Assembly (NCBI GenBank): GCA_027923505.1
Contig: BROI01000012.1
Coordinates: 372,001 to 436,000, forward strand
Reading direction: 5' to 3'
Length of the DNA stretch: 64,000 nucleotides
DNA from: Mayamaea pseudoterrestris
Lineage: Eukaryota
Part shown: piece by piece, positions 37,339 to 50,295 of the stretch
How positions within the stretch are numbered: the stretch's first letter is position 1
How the letters are laid out: every line of letters begins with the position of its first letter
Position numbers and translations under genes: made by a program
The notes under the pieces: generated by a model
What the model was told of the DNA's origin: nothing
The model's database searches: none
Seen by the model: the letters and a program-made list of their open reading frames with translations, nothing else

Positions 37339-37953
37339 ATGAGTTCCTTGACCAAACTTGGCGAGAAGCTGTTAGTTCAGCTTGAGTGTTTCGAGAGCCA
37401 GAGTGGTAGCGCAATCACTGCGAGTCAGCAATTCCATGCCTACTTGCAGGCGCTCCACATTGACGACGTCCTTGCAAAAGATCCATTGGCTCGCGACGAT
37501 CTTGCCTTCATCATGTCGGGTCTTCAAGTCAAGATTGCTTTTGAGAATTTTGAGCAAGCGCTTGAAAGAGGCACTCATGTTTATTTCCATTGCATCAAAA
37601 CGCGTGGGGAAAAAGCTGCCGACAAGTTGTACGACCGCTTCAATGTTTTGAATCTCATTACCGAGCCAGACGAAGGCTCCGACATGATGGATGTTGAGTC
37701 AGCTGCATCCAAAGTTTCATCAAAGAAGCGACTCCCTGTAGACAAAGCAGACCATCCAATGGGCAAGAAGAAGGCCAAGGCCGCAGCCAGCGAGCTGACG
37801 AATGAGAACAGCTGCAGTTTGAACGCTCAGCAGGACGACTCTGTTGACGTCAACGAGGATTTTGATAGTGGTGAGATTAGCAGTTGCATCGATCTCCAAG
37901 GTACCAAAGGATCATACAAGATTCCCAAGAAGAATACAATGAAGAAGTGGTAG
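37339..37953 (+). CDS. Hypothetical protein
   Basis: 204-aa ATG-initiated ORF with protein-like composition and a basic NLS-like patch. Confidence 0.45.
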   Translation: MSSLTKLGEKLLVQLECFESQSGSAITASQQFHAYLQALHIDDVLAKDPLARDDLAFIMSGLQVKIAFENFEQALERGTHVYFHCIKTRGEKAADKLYDRFNVLNLITEPDEGSDMMDVESAASKVSSKKRLPVDKADHPMGKKKAKAAASELTNENSCSLNAQQDDSVDVNEDFDSGEISSCIDLQGTKGSYKIPKKNTMKKW

Positions 37954-39762
37954 AATTGCAGATATTCTTGTTGGCTACGTCGTGTAGAAACGCAGCAGTG
38001 ACTCTTTGATGCGACGATTGCCTGGTGTTGTAAATTCACTGCTGCAGATTACTCCAGTAGCCTGTGCCTTGCGAGTAAGTAATAAATTCATATGTATACT
38101 GAATTTACTTTACTATTTGGGTAGATGTTTGCTATCATGCGTTCGTCTTTTAGGTGCTCATAGCAAAAATTCGATTATCCATCACAACATAACGGTGTGA
38201 CACGTGTACCGTTGTGAGTCTCACGCGGTTCTCAGATACCGCGTTACTAAGTTGATGTTGCCGCCAATGCGGATCGCGATCGAGCGATCGATCGATCGAT
38301 CGACCGATTGTCTCACAGTTGCTTAGTCAAGTACATTGCCGGAAATCAGCGTGGAAAGACTCCCAAGCTCTAGTATGATCTGAGTGCACGCGGATCTTTT
38401 TGGGAGGTATAGGGTGCTGATTTGTGGAGGCATCCGCAGTCAGTGTTCTATGCATCAAGCAACTGTCACACCCCTTTGTCTTAGCCGGTCGGTTCTGGCA
38501 ACCTCTGAGTTCTTCGGGCTTGGAGTAGGGGAGGGTCCATTGGGTATAGTCCATCGGGGAAAGTCCATTGGGGATAGTCCAGTCGCAACGTTGCAACTTC
38601 CATGCGTGGCTCACTCATGCGAGGCGATCGCGATGCTGGTTGTTCAACCAGTTGATCGAACAAATCCATTGAGTTGACTCTGCAGCCGTTCTTGTCTTTA
38701 TGTCGCCGTCGTGGTATACTGAAGACTGTGGTCCACGTCAGCTTTGGCATCGACGCCTTTGCAAGCGCTGTCGAGGCAGTTTTCAAACTGCTGATGGCGA
38801 TGCATTGATGCGTATATTATTGGCAAGTTTGGAATGTGATGTGTGTGTGTGCAACTAAAGCGTTTGCCGTTTTCACCCTTATCGAATCGTTTGCATTTCT
38901 CGCAGGCCGTTCCATTGACGGGCGATGGCAGCAGCAGTGTCGCTTTTGTTGTGACGATTGCCTGTATGGAATGGAATACTCGTTTACTCTCAATATTTTT
39001 TGGCCATTGCGATGAGATTGTGCTGGTACGTCGAGCCCTTGTGTCTGTTGCTGCTCGTGTACTACTTGTTCTGTCCAATCTAATGCCTGCATTGCTTTGC
39101 TTGCTTCTTTTCACAGATGCTACTTAGCAGTTCCATGCTACCGATCGTCAAGGTATTCGGCAAGGTATTCAGCAGGTTACCAGTGTATGCTTTTCCAGCA
39201 TTGCGTTGTCACCAGTTGCTGCATCGTGCATGTCGCATGCAAACATGCTGCTGATTGCACCAGCAACTCTCTTGCCAGTGGATTATATAAATAAACATTT
39301 TTTGGTTTGTAGCAGCAGCATTCTTCTTGACTTTATAGACTACTTCACACCTCGACTTGGTCTGTCCCGGTGAGACGAATTAAACGCGGTGAGACAATTA
39401 CAGTATCAAAGGACGAGTGAGCGACGAAACGGCGCCGTCAATGGCGCATTGACGCTGCCATTCTGCCTCTTTAGCGTATCGACTGGTAGCTTGGTCGGCA
39501 CATATAATACTCGAAGCGATTCAAGAGTCATTATGAGCGACAAGAACCATGTCGGATGGTTGAAGCGAGAACAGCAGCAGCCGGTACAACGAGTATGACA
39601 ACATGTCGTCATTTATGCATCATAGGATTTTGTGCCAAAGTGTTTTAAATTACTCAATGTTATGGATTGCTACAGTAGTATGCTCGTTTGCTCGCAGTTC
39701 TGTGGGTGCCATTGAAAAATGGCGGTTGTTTTTAGTGATTGTGCGTCCAAAAGGGTCTGTGC

Positions 39763-40375
<613 letters not shown>

Positions 40376-40717
40376 TCAAATAGTGTACGTACGTTTTGTG
40401 TACAAACAAGTACGTGGGAAGCAGGTTCAATTCTGGCTCGACTGCTTTCGGACGAGAAAGTAGCTATCGCACGTTTGCCAGTGACTTGCCATTTCGAAAT
40501 ATTATCGTGATTTACAGCTATCCTACACTACGCATCCACTACTATAATAAATCCATAACAGCAGACGCTATCGTATATCATATAAATAATGACGTGTATA
40601 ATATTCACCATGACGTGACGCCGTTCTCTCGCACTCACGCTACAAAGACAACAGCGCATCCAGTATTTATCACTGCACAACCCAAAAGACGTCTTCATTG
40701 TCCAACAATCAACCCAA

Positions 40718-42063
40718 TTAAACGCCACTGCTTACAATATGAGGCTCGTCGTGCTCAGCAGGCTCCGTATCCTCGGGATCGCGATGAGTTCCACTCATGA
40801 CTGTTCCGCCTGCTGCCATGGTACCACCTTCACCGTGGTGAGACGAGTCGAGTCCGTAGTAGTCAGCTCTAATGTCGTCTGACACCTTGGCCGCCTTGTA
40901 CTGCAAATACGCAGGCATCAAGTTCAGAGGAATGCTAAAGGCCAAAACGAGCGTCGAGAAGCCAGCGCCAATGCCCAAGGGCGGAAACGCCGATTGAGTC
41001 CACGCCTGCAAGACAACCTGGCACAGCCAAGTAAATCCCATGTAGTACAGAAACGACTTGCTCTTGTCATCCCACATGGACCGCATGCCGTACCCATGAA
41101 CCATTCCTGCCAAGCCACCCATGAGCTGGAGAGCGCCGACGAAAACCGCAATGCCCGGTCGACTGACAAAGTAAAAGCCAGCAACGGCAGCGCCTCCGCG
41201 CAAACGACCATAGCGAGCCGAAAGGTAGCACCCAAGCAAAAATTGCGACAAGCCAGCGAAGAAAAGGACAAAGGAAAAGGCCCCAAGGTGTCCCTTGTAC
41301 AAGGTCGAGTTTTGCTTGTGCGGAGTCTTGGCTTGAAAGGCCATGAGCGCCAACAAGAAGAACGTCAACCCGCCCAGAAGCGCGACGCTGTACGCCATGA
41401 TTCCCATGATTCCCATGGCGCCGAGAAAGCGCGTGTTGGTAATAATCGCCGGACTCGTCTTGGCGCCAGTGTAAGAGTCCGGAATGGAAACTTCCGGTTC
41501 GCCATTGTGAATAGCCTTGCCGACAGCCACCATCTCGGCAATGTAGGCAATGTAGCTGCGTCAAGCACCAATTGAGGAAAGCATGGTGAGAAAGAATGGA
41601 TGAGAACCGAATGAGTGATATACCATTTCCACGTGAAGCTTTGAGATGAGGCAATCCGACGAGCGCCGTCGTCGTTTCACAATCATACACATTTTCCAAA
41701 CGCCAGCCGTTACCGCAATCGATGAGACAACTGAACTTACGAGATTTGAATGAACAAAATGACAAAACCCGTCATGGCCTTGCTTCCCAATCCATGCACC
41801 AGTGCGTGATATCCCAACATGAGGCACATGATTCCCGACGTGAACAACCAAACATATCCAAACAAGACGGCAAATGGCGTTCCGTAGTTGGTCGTCGTAC
41901 TGTTGGATCCAATCTGCACCGAAAGACGATACAAGGGCTGGACCATGGCGCAGAATCCCAGGAGAGTGAGTAGGCCGGCAAACTCTCGCTGGTCGGAAAG
42001 GAAGCGCAGCGATCCAACCGTGACATTGTCGTTGCTGTAGCGCTTGACAGGAAAGGTACTCAT
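40718..42063 (-). CDS. Multi-pass membrane protein of unknown function (intron 41556-41740)
   Basis: Two hydrophobic ORFs joined in frame by GTAAGT...CGCAG (IS|YIAYIAEM), 386 aa. Confidence 0.8.
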
Positions 42064-43579
42064 GATGGCGCTGGCTGATGAAGCAAAGGGCTTGCTGTAA
42101 AGGATGCCAAAGATTTGTTACTCGAATGATCTTGCGCAGAAGAGCCCGAGTTTATTATGGAATGGATGCGTCGCATTTCGAGTTGACGTTGTCGTCGAAG
42201 ATCATCGAGAGAACAAGAGCGAGCGCCGTCAAAATTTGTCCGAAGCCTTCGAGCACGAGAAATTCGAGTCGACGTTGAGATTCGTTGGACGCGGCGAAGA
42301 AGTGAAGGCTTATGCGCCATGGAAGGATGATGATCGCGGAAATCTTGAAACGACTCGCTTCGGTTCTTGCGCATTCTTCTTGCGGATCGTCGCGCCAAAG
42401 TACCAGCAATTGGAGTCCGGATAGACTATGCGGTAGATGCAAGGGGTCAATGAGAGTCTCGATCAAGCACTAAACACATATATATTTTTTAGACGCCCTT
42501 ACTAAAAAAATCATGAAGGATGCAATGGTCCATCGCTTGGTCCATGCGTGGAAGTGGACGGCGATTGCATGGTCGAATTTACGCCATGTCGTAGCGTCAT
42601 CTGATATGTCTCATCGTTACATACCGTGGACTGTCGCGGTTTTCTTTTTGACGTTCGTAATTACTACTATGAATACTTGGACTACGGTAGCATGATCCAA
42701 ACTCGTCCGCGGACATACGTACTATCATGCGGCAAACAACTTACCAGAGGATTTTCATTTGGTCTCTCACATTGTACGTGCCGCTTCAACAACCAGCAGG
42801 TGCCGTTCCGGCTTGGGAAATGCAAGCGCTACAAGTATAGTTCATCAGCTACCGGTACATACTTTGAATACTTACCGGTACTACTTATGCATACTTAAAA
42901 GGATCGCTGAGCTATTTATGTACGGTAGTGATATTGTCGTTCAAGGAGTCGAAGCTTAATCGCACCAATCGTCGTGGCCAGGTGTAGGGTGTGCTAGAGG
43001 GCACTGGGCAGTTGGCAGCTGAGATGGCTGACCATACAATCATACAATCGTCGAGGAATATCGATAAAAGCGATTGGCACTTGGTTGCTGGTTTGACATG
43101 TTTGGTGCCTTTGCACGTAAGTTTTCAGCGAAATTGAACGCCCCGGGCCGCAACCAGTTGCTCGCACTTGGACTTGATGATTTGAATTGAGACTGCGGGT
43201 CATTCTTGGACACTTGTTTCGTCATTTGCATCAGCACGCTTCGAATTCTATAGTGTGATCCCATGGCTGGAGCTGAAAGTGTGTATTATGTGCACGAATA
43301 AGAGTGATGTGTGGGAGTTTCTAGCGCCGAAAACCAAAAATGTACGAGATACTCAGCCGCGAAAAACAATCAAGTCGCTTGCCTCCTCCAGATTGATGCA
43401 ACAGCCGTCCCAAGACGGCAAAACCTCATGCATTTGAAAAAGTTGGGCGCGGCACTCGTGTCGACTGGCTTCCGGAATCGACGGGAATAACAAGGGGACC
43501 TCACGGTCTGTGGCACTGCCCCGGCGCTTGCGCGGAAGGACGCGTTCCCTGTGCGACTGTATAGCACCACAATTTCTAA

Positions 43580-45340
43580 TGTAGTGCTTGACTGTAGCTC
43601 TGCTTTGTAGTGCAGGGCCTTTCTCTATAGATTTTGGTTGGTAGTTCCTTGATATTGTACTGAGATCTTGATGAAGATCTACTGCTTGTAGAGTACCGAT
43701 AGGGCCTGATTGTAGCTCTGCCATTTAAAGTGAAGGGCTTGTCTCCATAATCGTATTCATAGCTGGATGGTAGCTCCATAGACTCCTGATACCTCTTTCA
43801 TTTGTTGCTTGTAGTGCGGGGTTTGTAGTGTGGGGCCTGACTGTAGCTCTGCCTTTTGCAATGTAGTAGTGCCTTCCAATGGCTCGTATCGTATAGCTGA
43901 GTAGATTCATGTGCACCTCTGCATGTAGTGCACTGGTGGTTTTGCCGGTAGCTCTGCTATTGTAGTGTAGGGATGTTTTCATAGCTGGATGGTAGCTCCA
44001 TAGACTCCTGATACCTCTTTCATTTGTTGCTTGTAGTGCGGGGTTTGTAGTGTGGGGCCTGACTGTAGCTCTGCCTTTTGCAATGTTGTATTGCCTTCCA
44101 ATGGCTCGTATCATATAGCTGAGTAGATTCATGCGCACCTCTGCATGTAGTGCACTGGTGGTTTTGCCGGTAGCTCTGCTATTGTAGTGTAGGGATGTTT
44201 TCATAGCTGGATTGTAGCTCCATACACTCCTGATACCTCTTTCATTTGTTGCTTGCAGTGCGGGGTTTGTAGTGTGGGGCCTGACTGTAGCTCTGCCTTT
44301 TGCAATGTAGTAGTGCCTTCCAATGGCTCGTATTGTATAGCTGAGTAGATTCATGTGCACCTCTGCATGTAGTGCACTGGTGGTTTTGCCGGTAGCTCTG
44401 CTATTGTAGTGTAGGGATGTTTTCATAGCTGGATGGTAGCTCCATAGACTCCTGATACCTCTTTCATTTGTTGCTTGTAGTGAGGGAATTGTAGTGTGGG
44501 GCCTGACTGTAGCTCTGCCTTTTGCAATGTAGTAGTGCCTTCCAATGGCTCGTATCGTATAGCTGAGTAGATTCGTGCACACCTCTGCATGTAGTGCACT
44601 GGTGGTTTTGCCGGTAGCTCTGCTATTGTAGTGTAGGGCCTGTCAATAATATTAATGGTACATGGATGTTTCCTACTTCCTATGTATAATATATTATGGC
44701 ACTGTACAGCTTTGTGTGGTCCTTAGAGTTGTTGGAAGTAATGCATCAATGTGACATTTAGCATTCCGACGGGTTCTGCACGTTTAAGTTTCATTACCCT
44801 ATTAGCACAGACATTTTGAGGGGCCTGACTATAGCTCTGCCATTTAGAGTGTAGGGCTTGTCTCCATAGTCGTATTGGTAGCTGGTTTACCCTAGTAGCA
44901 CAGACATTTTGAGGGGCCTGACTATAGCTCTTTCATTTAGAGTGTAGGGCTTGTCTCCATAGTCGTATTGGTAGCTGGATGGTAGCTCCAGAGACTCCTG
45001 AGACCTCTTTCATTTGTTGCTTGTAGTGCGGGGTTTGTAGTGTGGGACCTGACTGTAGCTCTGCCTTTTGCAATGTAGTAGTGCCTTCCAATGGCTCGCA
45101 TCGCATAGCTGAGTAGATACATGTGCACATCTGCATGTAGTGCACTGGTAGTTTTGCCGGTAGCTCTGCTATTGTAGTGTAGGGCCTGTCAATAATATTA
45201 GTACATGGATTTTACCTACCCTTTTGTGTGGTCCGTATAGTTGTTGGAAGTAATGCGTCAATGTGACATTTAGCATTCCGACGGGTTCTGCACGTTGAAG
45301 TTTCATTACCCTAGTCGTACAGACATCTTGAGTGACAGAC
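43580..45340. repeat. 222-bp tandem repeat (~4 contiguous copies plus one more) with a duplicated flank
   Basis: atagctggat at 43759, 43981, 44203, 44425; another copy ~44970-45190; 44620-44810 repeated at 45170-45320. Confidence 0.95.
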
Positions 45341-45683
45341 GCGAGAAAGTTTGTACTCACTGGACCCTACTTCGTACGGGTCAGTGAAAGGCTGCGCGTT
45401 TGAATGAGTGATGGGCAATGACGTAAGCTTCGTCATGCGACAGCTGTTCCCATCGGGCGTACACTTTTAAAACTCCAACGGCTGAACTATGAAAAAATTC
45501 AGTCGCTCGAGAGGTAGCATGTACGCCGACCAACGGCCACTTGCACGACTCCGGGTGTCACCGCGTCGCGCGCACGAATCATCCGTGTCCAACAGCTTGC
45601 TTGCTATCGAACGACACACTCCACACCCCATCAATCGATCAACGCTGCTTTTTCAACTTGGACTTCTTTCTGTTGCTTGTACA

Positions 45684-46130
45684 ATGAGTACTCTTTCATC
45701 CATTCGCATTCTTGCGTCTCGTTCTCTTGCATCGCGATCAATGTCGACGCAGTCTGCGGCGGCCGACAAGCTTCGCTGCGTCTTTGAAGAGTATCGCCTT
45801 CAAAAGTACGTGTGAACGTCGAAAGGCCCCGAGATGCGTTTCGTTACTGCAATGGTCACTTTCATATCTATCCTGTACTCATTCATCTACTCTCTGCTCG
45901 TCTGCAGTTACTCTCGCGAGACTCCGTCCCGCTTCAAGAAGGAGATTCTCAATGTTGCCAAGTCACCTAATAGTGTCGATGCGATTCCAGTTGATGCTTT
46001 GAACCGCATTCTAATCAATATTGGACGACAGGATTCGTTACTCACTGAAGAAGAAATGCATGGTCTTTTGAAGCAAGTTGGATCCAAGGATCGTTTCATC
46101 AAAGCCTCGCAGTTGTTGGAGTTGGTTTGA
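45684..46130 (+). CDS. Small hypothetical protein with a mitochondrial-type presequence (intron 45806-45907)
   Basis: R/S-rich N-terminus; a GTACGT...CTGCAG intron gives 114 aa in frame. Confidence 0.75.
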
Positions 46131-46724
46131 TGTATGGAAGTCATCCATCATGGCAGTCATTGACTTATCACGGTATTCATGTATGTGGAAACTGTTATAG
46201 ACATAGAGATAAAAAAACCTTTATAGAATAGTATTTGCTGTTTACTGAAGTAAGCCGTTACTGCCTTGCTTCATTTCCAACGCAATAGTCACGCATACAG
46301 TACGTCCAAACATGTCCAAAGGTCGCAAACGTAGTTCGGTACTGTATTCGGCTCATGTAAGATCATGCGATGCGTTGACGAGCGTCATGATCGGTAACAA
46401 AGCAGCACTCGCTGACTCAATACAATCACTTGCATTGTACGTGTCGTTAACCTGCGTTGAGGTCCTTGTTTAGCAACATACCGAGCCATCGAAGTGCACT
46501 CCTATGGGCATTCGTAAAAGCGGGGCGAGCTTAACTCAAAGTCGCTAGCAAGGCCACATCGAATCAAGCCTTTTCTTGCGAGAGAAGCTATGCCTCGAGC
46601 CTCGGGGATAAAAGACTGGCTCCAGTATGCGACTAGAGACTCTCGTTGGAAACTAAAAGGCATGTGCCTGCGGTAGACATACGTACAAGCATCCACCGCC
46701 ACAATACTCTGCACTTTGTTGTTG

Positions 46725-48809
46725 TCAATCGACGGCTTTGGATTTCAAGTTGTTCATGGCGGCCACCTGCTCGTACACGACCAACGTGTTTGGCGACCTG
46801 TAGAATGACCGTACGCCCATGATTCCGGCAAACACTGCCACTCCAAACGCAATGCCTAAAAGCAGATCAAAATGTGTCGACATCCACTGGGCAATAGAGG
46901 TGTGCGGCTGTCCGATGAAGAGTGTCGCCATCATGCCAGTGTCCTCATGAGCGAGGAAATGGCAATGAATGACCTGCGTAATTGCCAATTGGAGCGATGG
47001 ACTGTGAGTAAAGTGCGACAGACGCGAATGCCACCAATCATCCATCACTCGACGCACCGTCTTGCCAGTATAGTTTTTATACTGAACCCATATGCGTGTC
47101 CGCCCGTTTGGTGGAACAATTACCGTGTCGCGCCAAACACCTTTTGGAAAATCCAAAACGGCTTTCAGCACCGGATATTTGGTGGTGGATAGTTCCGATC
47201 CCATTTCCTGTACTTGGAAACGATTGACGTGTATGTGAAAGGGATGAACATTGTGTTGTGCATTGACGAGCAAGTATTCGACGGCTTCACCGGGTTCGGC
47301 AAAAAAGTCAAGTCGCAACGGATCAAACGCCTTGCCGTTGATATAGTACTGCGGAAACGGCGCTTGGTCGCGATTGGTACCCATGGAGAAAACAATCGTT
47401 TCCGTCCTTGTAATTTCATGCGATTGAATTGTTTCGGAGGAGTGGTAGCCCGGAGTAAGTCGTAGGTTGGCAATGTCTTGCACGGTGTTGGCCGACGCGA
47501 CGAGTTTGCTTTCCATTGCAACGTCACTAACATCCCTTACAGTAATCATCGCCAATATTTGGTCGTGAGGGTGCCCATGCATATCAAAGAACTGCATGCC
47601 TTGGATACCTTGCTGCGAAATGACATAATCGCCTGGACGGTCAAACCAAAGCAAAAGCTCCTCCCGCTGTCCACCCGCCATGACGAGAATGTTTCGTCGG
47701 ATTGGTTGTTCGTAAGTGACGCCGTCCGAGGCAATGACCCAAAAGGGAAGAGCAGCGTCATCCCAGTGCTCGTGTTCGCGGCCCTTTGGGTAGATTATGA
47801 AGGTATTTTCATTTTCAATGGTTGCGCAAAGGACACGCAAATGGAGCGGTCGAAAGGTTGTGGCGTTGAACGTGGGTATGTATTCTCCGTTAACAAGAAA
47901 CGGGTGAATCTTGGACAAGGTTGTTTGTCCAAGCAAAAACTCGTCCACTTCGAGATTGTGATTGATTGCCGAGTCATCATAGTCGCCGACGTACTTCAAG
48001 GCTGGATCCCAGATGACAAACTCGTGCGAATCCGTAACGTTTTGACTCGCAAGTTCGTGCATTAGTGACGGAGACTCTCCTTCCTTTCCGTCGACATATA
48101 AGAGTCCAAACATGCCGCTCCAAATCTGCAGTGCCGTACTTCCATGCAAATGCGGATGATACCAATACATGCCAGTCGGATGATGCGCCGGAACGTGAAA
48201 GCGGTAGCAGTAGCACTGTCCAGGCTCAACAATGATATGAGGCGCATCCGGATCATGCGTTCCAACTGGATGAAACATGTGAACGTCAATGTCGAGTCCG
48301 TGCAGATGAAGGTTCGTGGCGTCAAAGTGTTTGGGCATGTTGACTTGATCGACATGCATGAGCGACGCATCGGCTACACTTTTGCGATAAAACTGATACT
48401 TGATTCGCTCGCCTGGATTTTGGAGCATTCTCCAATAGTCAGTAGCGTTTGGCTCATGTGGTCCGATTGACTCGTCGAGCATTTCGTTGCCAAGTTTGAT
48501 CCAAAGCGATTGGCCCGGTTGAACGCGCATCGTTGGCCCTGAGAAGGAAGCATCGCCCTCGCGTGAATATGTACGTCCTCGATATGTATAATTCAAGAGT
48601 CTCATGGTTCTTATCGATGCAATCAGCTCGTAATTGACGTCTCCGCCCTTGCAGAGAGTTTCATCGTTGCAGGAAACGTACTCGGCATGGCATTGCGTTG
48701 AATAGGCTGAGAGGAACAGGGTGACTGCTGCAGCTGCTGCAACGAGATTGAATCGTCTACAAATACAATTGATGTTCCTGGCTGCTCTACATTGATTCAA
48801 ATGTCTCAT
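46725..48809 (-). CDS. Multicopper oxidase with signal peptide and C-terminal TM helix (probable in-frame intron 46974-47057)
   Basis: Cu motifs NLHLHG, WYHPHLHG, HPFHIH, HCHFLAHEDTGMM. Confidence 0.95.
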   Translation of the reverse strand: MRHLNQCRAARNINCICRRFNLVAAAAAVTLFLSAYSTQCHAEYVSCNDETLCKGGDVNYELIASIRTMRLLNYTYRGRTYSREGDASFSGPTMRVQPGQSLWIKLGNEMLDESIGPHEPNATDYWRMLQNPGERIKYQFYRKSVADASLMHVDQVNMPKHFDATNLHLHGLDIDVHMFHPVGTHDPDAPHIIVEPGQCYCYRFHVPAHHPTGMYWYHPHLHGSTALQIWSGMFGLLYVDGKEGESPSLMHELASQNVTDSHEFVIWDPALKYVGDYDDSAINHNLEVDEFLLGQTTLSKIHPFLVNGEYIPTFNATTFRPLHLRVLCATIENENTFIIYPKGREHEHWDDAALPFWVIASDGVTYEQPIRRNILVMAGGQREELLLWFDRPGDYVISQQGIQGMQFFDMHGHPHDQILAMITVRDVSDVAMESKLVASANTVQDIANLRLTPGYHSSETIQSHEITRTETIVFSMGTNRDQAPFPQYYINGKAFDPLRLDFFAEPGEAVEYLLVNAQHNVHPFHIHVNRFQVQEMGSELSTTKYPVLKAVLDFPKGVWRDTVIVPPNGRTRIWVQYKNYTGKTVRRVMDDWWHSRLSHFTHSPSLQLAITQVIHCHFLAHEDTGMMATLFIGQPHTSIAQWMSTHFDLLLGIAFGVAVFAGIMGVRSFYRSPNTLVVYEQVAAMNNLKSKAVD

Positions 48810-49471
48810 TTTCGTCTGTATAACAGTTCGTCTAGTGGCTGTGTAGCGTTCTTTTGATGTTCCGTCATGGTCAGCAGCAGCTGCGCTTATCGAACAAGAT
48901 TAACTCTGTGGCGTTCGATTATTCATTAACGAAACTGGGTGAAACTATCCAATCGAACGCCAAGGATTAAATGACGCTAACCTCGTTAGCTATGTATGAG
49001 TTGCTTTCTCCGTTAACTGCGATGCGGACGGAATCTACGTAGGTACGTTTGCCTACTGCTGCTTTTAGCTGCGCCACGAACGCACTTTATAGAAAGCTGA
49101 ACTTATAGTATGGGGTGTCTTTAGTTGCGTACTGTAGCGTTCTTGCAAAGCATGGGAGAGGTATTGTCGCCAAAACGGCATTCTCTTACTCACAGTCAGC
49201 CCAGCCCTGCTTTCCGGCACGTACGATGTGCGATGTTTGACATTGCATAAATCGGTTTTGAGCGTCCGTCGCGATCGCACTCGACAGGAGGAGCGCGTAT
49301 AGTCGCACCATGGCCGTACAACTGTCGACTACTAAAGTGCAATACAGTATGTTAAAATATTCGGTAGCTATGACAAAGCAAGGACACCGACTATGGCACG
49401 ATTCGCACGCAAACAAGGTTGCAGCCTCCGTGACAATTACAAAGACATTTTTGGTTAAACGAAATCTAACT

Positions 49472-49837
49472 TTAGGCCTTGATGGCGTATGTTTGCTTGG
49501 GAAAGGCCGCCAACTTTCTCTTGGTCTTGTGCGTCTTTTGCTTGGATTCCGACTTGGTCAACTTGCGTCGCATAGCTCGTGTCGTCTTGGTTCGCAGGTC
49601 TTTTGGGACATACTTGGCATTGCTGTACAATTTACGAAGACCTTCCTTTTGCTGTTGATTGTAGACGGTGAGTACTCGAGCAATAGACTTGCGGACGCCC
49701 TTGATCTTGGCAACTTTACTCGCAGCGCCGTCGGTCACCTTGGCAACGTGCAGCTCGGAAAGCTCCTTGCGAAGTTCAGCGAGCGTCTTGAGGAGATCCT
49801 CCTTGGTATTGCTTCGGATTTCGTGGGCCTTGACCAT
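49472..49837 (-). CDS. RPL35: 60S ribosomal protein L35 (uL29); probable 5'-UTR intron 49857-49991
   Basis: MVKAHEIR...[11 protein letters not shown]...[14 protein letters not shown]...[10 protein letters not shown]. Confidence 0.97.
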   Translation of the reverse strand: MVKAHEIRSNTKEDLLKTLAELRKELSELHVAKVTDGAASKVAKIKGVRKSIARVLTVYNQQQKEGLRKLYSNAKYVPKDLRTKTTRAMRRKLTKSESKQKTHKTKRKLAAFPKQTYAIKA

Positions 49838-50295
49838 TGTCAATATAATGTTCTATCTGTATGTGAAAAGTATGATGGGTGAGAGCCATTGCAGCAGCGA
49901 CGACGCTAGCAGCCAGTCCATCGAATTTTCATATTGATCCAAGCATTTCATTCGTTTCAAGCTATTCACTCGCTGCAGTGTTCAAACATACCTACAGTAT
50001 AAAGTCCTTTGATGCGGTCGTTCCGAGTTGAAACGATTGATGATCACAATGTCATGGTCAAGCCAGCCATCGAGGTTTAGTAAGGGCGGTAAGATACTAA
50101 GTCCCCTCGGTACTTTCATTTTCAATGCCGCTTTGGAAGCGTGACATCTTTCTCGCGGAACCGATCTATTTTTCGATCATAATGTTCTTCTCTCTTTTGT
50201 ACGTCGCTTCCTTGCTCTACCGGTAGTCTGATTCGACCAAGACCAAGATGCTTTTATTACTACAAAAGGGCCGATCAGGTCCCGTGAAAAATTTA

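Noticed and set aside
37765..37790. PMGKKKAK as a Harbinger/NAM-associated signature
   Set aside because: Too short, and no DDE transposase was found nearby
43725..44582. 285-aa repeat protein
   Set aside because: Follows from a 222-bp unit lacking a stop in one frame; non-ATG start and no protein-like features
49857..49991. snoRNA in the RPL35 5'-UTR intron
   Set aside because: No clear C/D or H/ACA box arrangement seen
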